Assembly (NCBI GenBank): GCA_951406725.2
Contig: OX597817.1
Span: forward strand, 75,392,001 to 75,456,000
DNA: 64,000 bases
Direction of reading: 5' to 3'
From: Octopus vulgaris
Taxonomy: Eukaryota
Part shown: in pieces, positions 56,066 to 64,000 of the stretch
Layout of the letters: every line of letters starts with the position of its first letter
Position numbering within the stretch: the first letter of the stretch is position 1
Notes under the pieces: generated by a model
The model's input: the letters and a program-made list of their open reading frames with translations, nothing else
Databases searched by the model: none
Told to the model about the DNA's origin: nothing
Made by a program: the position numbers and the translations under genes

Positions 56066-56147
56066 ATGATCAGCAGAATCGTTTGAGCGTCAGAAAGAAT
56101 GTTTTGAGATATTTCAAGCCAGCTATTTACATTCTGAGTTCAAATCC

Positions 56148-56622
56148 TTTATTTTACCAACCCTAAAAGGATGAAAGACAAAAGTAACCTCAACGGGAGT
56201 TGAACTGAGAACATAAGGAACTGGAAAAATACTACAAAGTATTTTAGCGATGCTCAAACGATTCTGACAGTTCACCACTCTATAATATTTGCCTATCATC
56301 CTTTCGGAGTCGATTAAATAAGTACCAGTTACGCACTGGAGTCGATATAATCGACTTAATCCGTGTGTCTGTCCTTTCGGGGTTGAGAAAATAAAGTACC
56401 AGTAAATTACTGAGGTTGATGGTACCGACAACTAAATCATTGCTCCTAAAAATCGCTGATCATGTGCCTAAATAAGAAGCAAATATTATAGGGCGGTGAA
56501 CTGTCAGAATCGTTTGAGCATCGCTAAAATACTTTGTAGTATTTTTCCAGTTCCTTATGTTCTCAGTTCAACTCCCGTTGAGGTTACTTTTGTCTTTCAT
56601 CCTTTTAGGGTTGGTAAAATAA
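56148..56622. repeat. ~145-bp near-perfect inverted duplication of a diverged SINE B
   Basis: 56148-56292 is the reverse complement of 56479-56622. Confidence 0.85.
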
Positions 56623-57007
56623 AGTACCAGTTAAGTACTGGAGTTAGTGGTATCGACTTATACCCTTCCTTAAAATTATTGGCTTGCTGTTTAAATCAGA
56701 ACCCATTATTGTTATGCTAAATACATTTCTCTGTGCCATGAGAAATAACAATTTAGCTGTTAGTGGGGATCAACAAATGTCCCTTCATTGAAAATAACCT
56801 TTAACTTCATTTACATCATAAATTAAGCTATTGCTTAATTAGTTGTTAATTAAACTAGGGTTGATTAGGAATTAAACATATATATTGAACATAATTAGAT
56901 AGGTCATATGGAAAAGTATAAACCTGGCAGCTTAAATATATCATAACAACCGATACAAACATTAGTTGGCTGAATTTTCCAGTTACAGGTTACATCGTAT
57001 AAAAAGA

Positions 57008-57106
<99 letters not shown>

Positions 57107-57369
57107 CTTACATTGCCTGCACGTATGAGGCTTGGTGGCAGGCAATGTAACTTTCTGAAAGAAAAAAAACGAACATTTTTGTTAAAGAGAAATTTTGCAG
57201 ATTGGTTTTCGACGGAACTTATTGTAAATATACAAATGAGAAATTTGTTTTATCTAGTAACGAGATGATAAATATTCTTTTCAAAATTAGTATTTATTTC
57301 ATTACATTGTATAGGCACCAAGATATATGATAAAAGTTAAACTATAATTATTGTATGTATAGCATATGC

Positions 57370-57620
57370 AGCCATCCATCTTTCTTCTCCGTTCACTATT
57401 TTTGGGAGTGTCCTGGGTGGTGGGTAGAGCCTTCTTACACCGCATCCGTATGGTCCTGTCAGAAGCAACCGTCGTTACCATTTCCAACCGAATTCCCAAG
57501 CCTGACAAATTGAGACTAAGGATATTATCCGACTATCTCGTTCTTGGTGTACCACTAGGTCTTTTGCCGGTTGACTCGGCTTGAAGAATCCACCTTGCGA
57601 TTCTTTCATTGTAATCACTT
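57370..57620 (-). mobile_element. RTE-like LINE 3' end remnant
   Basis: Minus-strand translation ILQAESTGKRPSGTPRTR, with a GATGGATGG tail. Confidence 0.6.
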
Positions 57621-57816
57621 GTTCGTAATACCGGAACCGTGAAAAAGTGGAAAAGTGTGCTACATTTCCTTCTAATTATCTATGGTGACAAAATTATACT
57701 TCCAAAGTTAACCGTAATATGACGCCTAACACTCTAGTACTTATATATTCGCCAGTTACACCGATGCTTCGGTGACTGTCACACAGCCTAGAATATATTT
57801 AAAAGTCATTTTAAAA

Positions 57817-57859
<43 letters not shown>

Positions 57860-58136
57860 CCAACCCCACTGATATTTCAACGACATTGAAACAACATTTA
57901 CAAAAATATGGTATCAAACAAAGTTTGCATAGTTGTTTAGTTCTTAACAAATAGCCAATCAGAGAAGAAACGCTATTTTACCCGACCAAATAAACCTAGA
58001 TTTGTCAATCTCCTCGATTTCAGATAGCCTCCAGACCAAACCACCTACAAAGAAGAAGAACCGTTTTAAATATATTTTCTCTATTCACATTTCTTTTTTT
58101 ATGTGTTGCTGAGGTTTACAGACTTTTATACGGTGC

Positions 58137-58182
<46 letters not shown>

Positions 58183-58197
58183 TTTCTTCCTTTCTTC

Positions 58198-58272
<75 letters not shown>

Positions 58273-58273
58273 T
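58137..58273. repeat. (TTTC)n microsatellite
   Basis: Direct inspection. Confidence 0.95.
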
Positions 58274-59612
58274 TGTAACAATTCATTAACGGATAGCATC
58301 AGAAATTCTCGGTTTTTACATGTCTTTCTCAAAGGTGCTATTTACGAAGGTAATTTGTCCATCGTAAACGACATATATTATCAAAAAAAAACAAAACAAC
58401 AACAACAAAAAACATTAACAATAAACATTGGTGTAATGTAAAGGATGTGGGATGCATTTAATTACCAATTCCTTTGTCTCTCTGATATCATCTGAAACGC
58501 ATGCAAAAAGTTCTTCCAATATATTCTTTTTTTTTTTAATGCAATTCCTATTTTATTTGGAAAACTTTGCCGGCTGCAATTACATATGTGGGCGTACTGG
58601 ACAGTGTTACACTAGTTCAACAGCGAATGTTATAATTTTCACGACATACTTCTTATTAGGAATAAATAATAGTTAACTTCCTTCCAACCACTTACTGTTT
58701 CATTCAGACAGTGTCTATTTATTCCAAGTGGAAAGGATATTTCCCTTTTGGAGATCTGATTGTTTTAATGCCTTTTTTAAAAAACAATTTTGAATGTTTT
58801 TGTTAGTTTTTTTCTAATTACATTATTGTAAGGATGTTCATATTAGAACGTGGGTATACATAAAATTTATTTATATAAGAAACAAGAAAATTATAAAAGA
58901 AAGTTTTATTTTTTACATTTTATATTCACGTGAGCGCAAGCAACCCTCTGTAGTTAAGAACTTCAATTCGCTTCCTTATCGTTTTAGGTTCAGTCCCAAT
59001 GGGTGGTACCGTGCATAAGCTTCTTTGATAATATTAATAGTTTCGTGTTGACTAGTGAGCGAAACGTAAGCAATTGAATCCTGTCATATATATATATCTT
59101 TGTACTTGTGTTAATCATTGGACTGCAGCCATTCTGGGGCATATGTGTGTAGGTATGTATCTATCTATCTACCTATCTAAAATTGAAAAACACGACAATG
59201 TTCCATTTTCTTTTATAATTAACGAGTTTTTGTATTTCTGTATAAGTTTTTTTTGCAGTTTGTTTGGAGCAATACAGTTCTTAGGGCTGTAATCAACTTT
59301 CCTAGACTTTCACAGTCTCACCATCAGCTATGAAATATATTTGGCTTCTGTATTGTCTCATATAGTCAAGTTTATGTAAACTTTACCGCTAAGAATTTTG
59401 ACCGTTAAGTTTGCATACCAACAGATACGTGTTAATTTTTTTGACATGGAAGTTTAAAGGTTAAACATTTTGGCTTATATGAATATGATTACTATAGAAT
59501 AATTAAAGTATGACCTCTGACGTGGAAGTTAAAATCATTGACACTAAAGTCAACATAAACATGACTAATACGAAAACAAAAAATAGCAATACAGAAGTCA
59601 AATATATTTCAT

Positions 59613-59651
59613 ATCCTGATGATGACACTATAAAAGTCTAGAAACGTTGAT
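59613..59651 (+). ncRNA. Minimal type I hammerhead ribozyme
   Basis: ATC-CTGATGA-TGAC-actataaaa-GTC-TA-GAAA-C-GTT^GAT, with loopless palindromic stem III ACGT. Confidence 0.55.
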
Positions 59652-60029
59652 GATGAATTTAGGAGCTTATTGTTCCAAAGAAACGGCAAAAAAGCTTGTT
59701 TGGAAATATGAAAAACCGTTATTAAAAAAAGGATAAAATTGGAACGTAATCGTGTTTATAATAAAACAAGCATAAAAGAAAAATCTATTCCACATACATA
59801 CGAATATATTAACCACTTGAAAAACAGTGATCGATAAATGAATATATAACCAGATTTAATAGATTTTATTTGATAAAAATCCCTTGATGACGATGGCCCA
59901 GCATTGCTGCAACAGTCCAATGCTTGAATAAACGTATAAAACAATAACTATAACAACGTTATATAATCAATTTATCAATTTCACTTGTACAATATATACA
60001 TACATATATACATATATAATATACATACA

Positions 60030-60096
<67 letters not shown>

Positions 60097-60097
<1 letters not shown>

Positions 60098-63000
60098 CTT
60101 CCGATGGTCGTCCCTTGCCGTGGTGGAAGAGCTTGTGTGCCCCAATGATTCCGAGAGCGATACTGTCTGGAGTCCTAGACTCCTGGTAGGGCCACACATG
60201 GCGGTAAGGTCGAGGATGAAGTCCCAGATTAAACACGACCAAACACGAACATCTAGAACATAACGGTGAAGCAAGCAGAGGAGGGCAATCGCAAGCCCCC
60301 ATGGAGAGACTCCGGCGGAAGAGGGCAACGCCTGGCGGACGGGCAGGCGTGAAAAAGGCGGATAGACTCCGGTAGCTCGCTGCAACCAGCCTTAACAAGA
60401 CAGCATGTCTCAATTCTTGAGCAACCACGATCATCTTAAACAATTTACTTAGCGACTGGCTTCGTCTTTCTATTCTTTGAGGAAGCTCTGGAAAGCTGGA
60501 AGCCTCTAGTCTGTGACCACACATTGGCGTCGAATCTTAGATGATCGCTCTCCAATGAATAGCCGTGACATTGGAGTTCGGCAGCTGGACTCGTGTCTGG
60601 CCTCTTTAGGATTACCGCAGCCCACCCCTTAAGAGGGAGCCCCTTGAAAAGGTGAGGTAAACATCGGACACAGCAACTCGATCTGGCCAGCATACCGCAG
60701 CTGGCGAACCTCCCACTTTGCGGTCGGAACTCTACTTCTACTCATTCATCATCGACTACTAAATCCTTTGTTTCACCACCTCTCACTTTCGGGGCCTGGA
60801 GCATCCGCATTCTCCAGGACAAGATGACATTAATCGTCTGCAAGGAACTTGCCCACTTCAACTTCAAGACTAGGATTCTCGAAGGCAGCATCAGAGAAGC
60901 TGGTTCCAAATACACCAATTTTTGGAAGGGGAAGAATCCTAACAAACCACGCATCCATGGAGTTGGCCTTGCCATCAAAACGAACCCATGGATCAACACA
61001 GACTCGTCCCAACTGCTGTTAGCGAGCGCCTGATGACTGTTCGGATTCCGCTCCTTCGGGACAGATACCTTACTCTGATCTCTGTGTACGCCCCCCCTAC
61101 TCTCACATCTGAAGACGACGTCAACACTTCGTTCTACAATCTGCTGAACCGCACCATCCAGACAGTCCCCGCGCATGACAAACTCGACTTTAACGGCAGA
61201 ATTGGTAGTGACCATTGTCTGTGGACGGTATTCTTGGTCATCACGGCATTGAGAATTGCAATGCCAATGGCCAGCTCCTCCTGAGCCTCGTCATCACAAA
61301 CTCCCTATTTCGTCTCCCTACCTGACAAAAGAACCCACGGTCTAAACACTGGCACATCCTCGACTACGTTCTGACAAGATCCAAGGACAGACGGGATGTA
61401 CGCATCACCCGCTCCATGTCTGGTGCAGATGGCTGCTGGAAGGATCACCGCCTTCTTATTTTCTCGCCTTGACATCAAGATCTGCCTTCCACCAAAGCGG
61501 GTCTCAGCAAACATATCTTGCCGACGTTTCGACTCCGCCAAACTCCAGAACTTACAGGCATCCCAAGACTTCAGGGAATCTATTAAGAGACACCTGATGG
61601 GCCTCCCTGAGCCAACCTCCATTGAAGATCGCTACCGCTGAGAAGACGATCGGCTTTACCCGGAAGAAGAACCAAGAGTGGTTTAATGAGATGATGAAAC
61701 CATCTCCTGTCTCACCGGAGCCAAACTCCGGACGCGCCTCACCTTCGAGAACTATGCCACTGCAGAGAACAAACGAAAACACCAGCAAGCATCAGCAGAA
61801 TGCCGGCGAGGAATTAGAGAAGCTTAGAACATCTGGTGGCAGAGAAAAGCAGTGGCGATGCAAAACTATGCGGAGCAAGGAGATTTGCGCCGCTTTTATG
61901 CTGCAACCCAGGAGATCTTCGGCCCATCAATGTCATCAGTGAGTGACCTGAAGAACGAAGCTGGCTCTACGATAACCGATACTCAGGGAATCCTCGATCG
62001 CTGGAAGTCCCATTTCGAGAGCCTACTTAACGACCACTCACGCACTCCAGACAATCTCCTCGAAAACACCCCACAGCTCTCCATCCACTGTTGGATGTTT
62101 CTGTCGCCTTCGCCCCATAAATTCAACTAGGCATTCGAGCGCATGAAGCCAGGTAAAGTTCCAAAACCAGACAACATCCCTTTTGAGTTTTTCACGCACG
62201 GAAGTCTTGAGCTGAGAAAACATCTGACGTTCTTTATCCTCAAGATCTGGGAAATCAAGACCCTACCGATCGACTTCCGCGATTCAACTCTCATCACCAT
62301 ATACGAGAAGGGAGACCGAGAGGACTGCAACAACTATCGGGCATCTCACTCATGAGTATTGCAAACAAGATCTTCGCCCGTATCCTATACAATCTCCTCC
62401 TTATCCTCTCGGAAGACGTCCTCCCTGAATCTCTGTGGATTTCCACCCACTCGAGGCACAATCGACATGATCTTTTGTGCCCGCCAACTTTAGGAGAAGT
62501 GTCAAAAACAACAACAGCCTGCAATGTTCATCTTCTAGGATCTAAAGAAAGCCTTTGATAAGGTCCTCGTCCTTGCTCGGTTTGGATGTTCGGAGGACTT
62601 CATTGCCCTGGTCTGCTCCCTTCACGACCTGCACCAGGCCAGAACAGTCCACCTACTAACATGAATATCAACGGCCAACCCCTAGAAGAAGTTGAATACT
62701 TCTCATACCTAGTGAGTATTCTTTCGAAGACCACACCACCTGTGAAAAGACTTGGAGAACCGGATCAGGGCGGTCCACTCCGCCTTCGGTAGACTCAACC
62801 AACGTGTATTATTCAATCACGCACTGACCACCCGGATCATTGTCTTCCGTGCTATTGCCCTGTCAACTTTTCTTGGACGCTGTCAAGCGTCAAAGCCACC
62901 ATTCTTCGCCATCATGCTCTACGCAGAATTTGTAATTGGAACAAAACCAAGAGAAGGCTCGAAATTCCATTTTAAAGACCAGCTCAAACGGACCCTGACT

Positions 63001-63310
63001 CAAAATAACATCCAGCCATCCTCATGGGAACAGATTGCTATGGATGGGACAGCCAGGAGGAATGCTATCCGCAATGGAGCCACCTCCTTCGAGCAGAGCA
63101 GACAACAGAATGAGGAGGTAAAACGCAGGAGAAGAAAGGAGCGTCTTCAACATCTCCGACCCGCACAGACCATCCTTTGCGAATTCTGCCTACGACTCTT
63201 TCACCACTGACTTGAACTCAAAAGTCACATTTGGTACAAATATCTGCCGAAGAGACTGGACGGAGACTGACGAGCCCAATGCTCGGATACGAGCTGCAGC
63301 CAACGATGAT
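60097..63310 (+). mobile_element. Near-full-length RTE-clade LINE, decayed
   Basis: APE motifs HGVGLAIK, SERLMTVRIP, LISVYAP, DFNGRIG and HWHILDYV. RT N-terminal DCNNYR and DLKKAFDKV. C-terminal CEFC...SH zinc finger remnant. Short GAT tail, inserted in TA-rich sequence. The RT core is deleted. Confidence 0.9.
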
Positions 63311-63494
63311 ATAATATGTACATATACTATACATATAATAAATGTATATATTTTATGTATGTAATATTATATATATATATATATATATAATATATATATA
63401 TATATATCAACAATAAGTAAGTCAACACTATGCAATCAATTTATCAATTTCAATTATACTATATATACATATACATGCATACAAACACACACAC

Positions 63495-63563
<69 letters not shown>

Positions 63564-64000
63564 CATTCATGTGTGTGTGTATATATAAATTCAAATGTTG
63601 TGATAGAAACAGCTCAATAATGTAATAATGTAAATATATTCAATATCAAATACTTATTTTATGTGTTTTGTTAAACGCTTGTAGATGCAGTATTATATCT
63701 GGAGGATATTCTATTCAACATGTTTAGTTTAAAAAAAACGCAGACTAATTCAAAGCTAGGCGAAACGAAACCACCCTGGAAGTGAACGGGAATGACAAAC
63801 ATCGATATCTCGCGTTTTTTCTGCTTACTGTTGCTGTATATTCACCCCGCTTCCGAAGCGAAATAAGATCTCCAGCTACAAGTATATAATAGTGTAAATT
63901 CTATTTGTCGATGAGCAATAGCGCCGCAGAACAAGGAGGACAAAATTCAAATTTTGTATTAGAAGCGACTCAATAATGTAAGCTCTATCAGTATCACATA

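Noticed and set aside
59965-63452. AATCAATTTATCAATTTCA on both sides of the RTE as a TSD
   Set aside because: Both copies lie more than 100 bp from the element ends. They are more likely pieces of another repeat.
63755-63940. CpG-richer unique segment as a promoter or first exon
   Set aside because: No ORF, splice pattern or other support from sequence alone.

Overview
AT-rich, microsatellite-saturated eukaryotic non-coding DNA. The SINE and repeat content looks like an octopus (cephalopod) genome; this is an inference from repeat style. I found no host protein-coding exon, and almost all ORF-track entries are (TA)n/(CA)n/(TACA)n artefacts. The window holds three decayed Tc1 (DD34E) transposase copies, a near-full-length decayed RTE LINE (60097-63310), a 5'-truncated CR1/L2-type LINE (37150-39241), several RTE remnants, many tRNA-derived SINEs of at least four families, MITE/foldback elements, and a ~10.2 kb near-identical duplication across a 100-N gap (probably two haplotypes). 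The main signal is about ten sequence-distinct minimal type I hammerhead ribozyme (HHR) motifs. They sit in short tandem or inverted units of the Penelope pseudo-LTR/retrozyme type, mostly next to (TA)n. They include canonical C3-G8 cores and compensatory U3-A8 and G3-C8 cores. In the 354-bp unit at the window start, the inversion junction falls almost exactly on the predicted self-cleavage site. All structures were folded by eye and need computational and biochemical confirmation.
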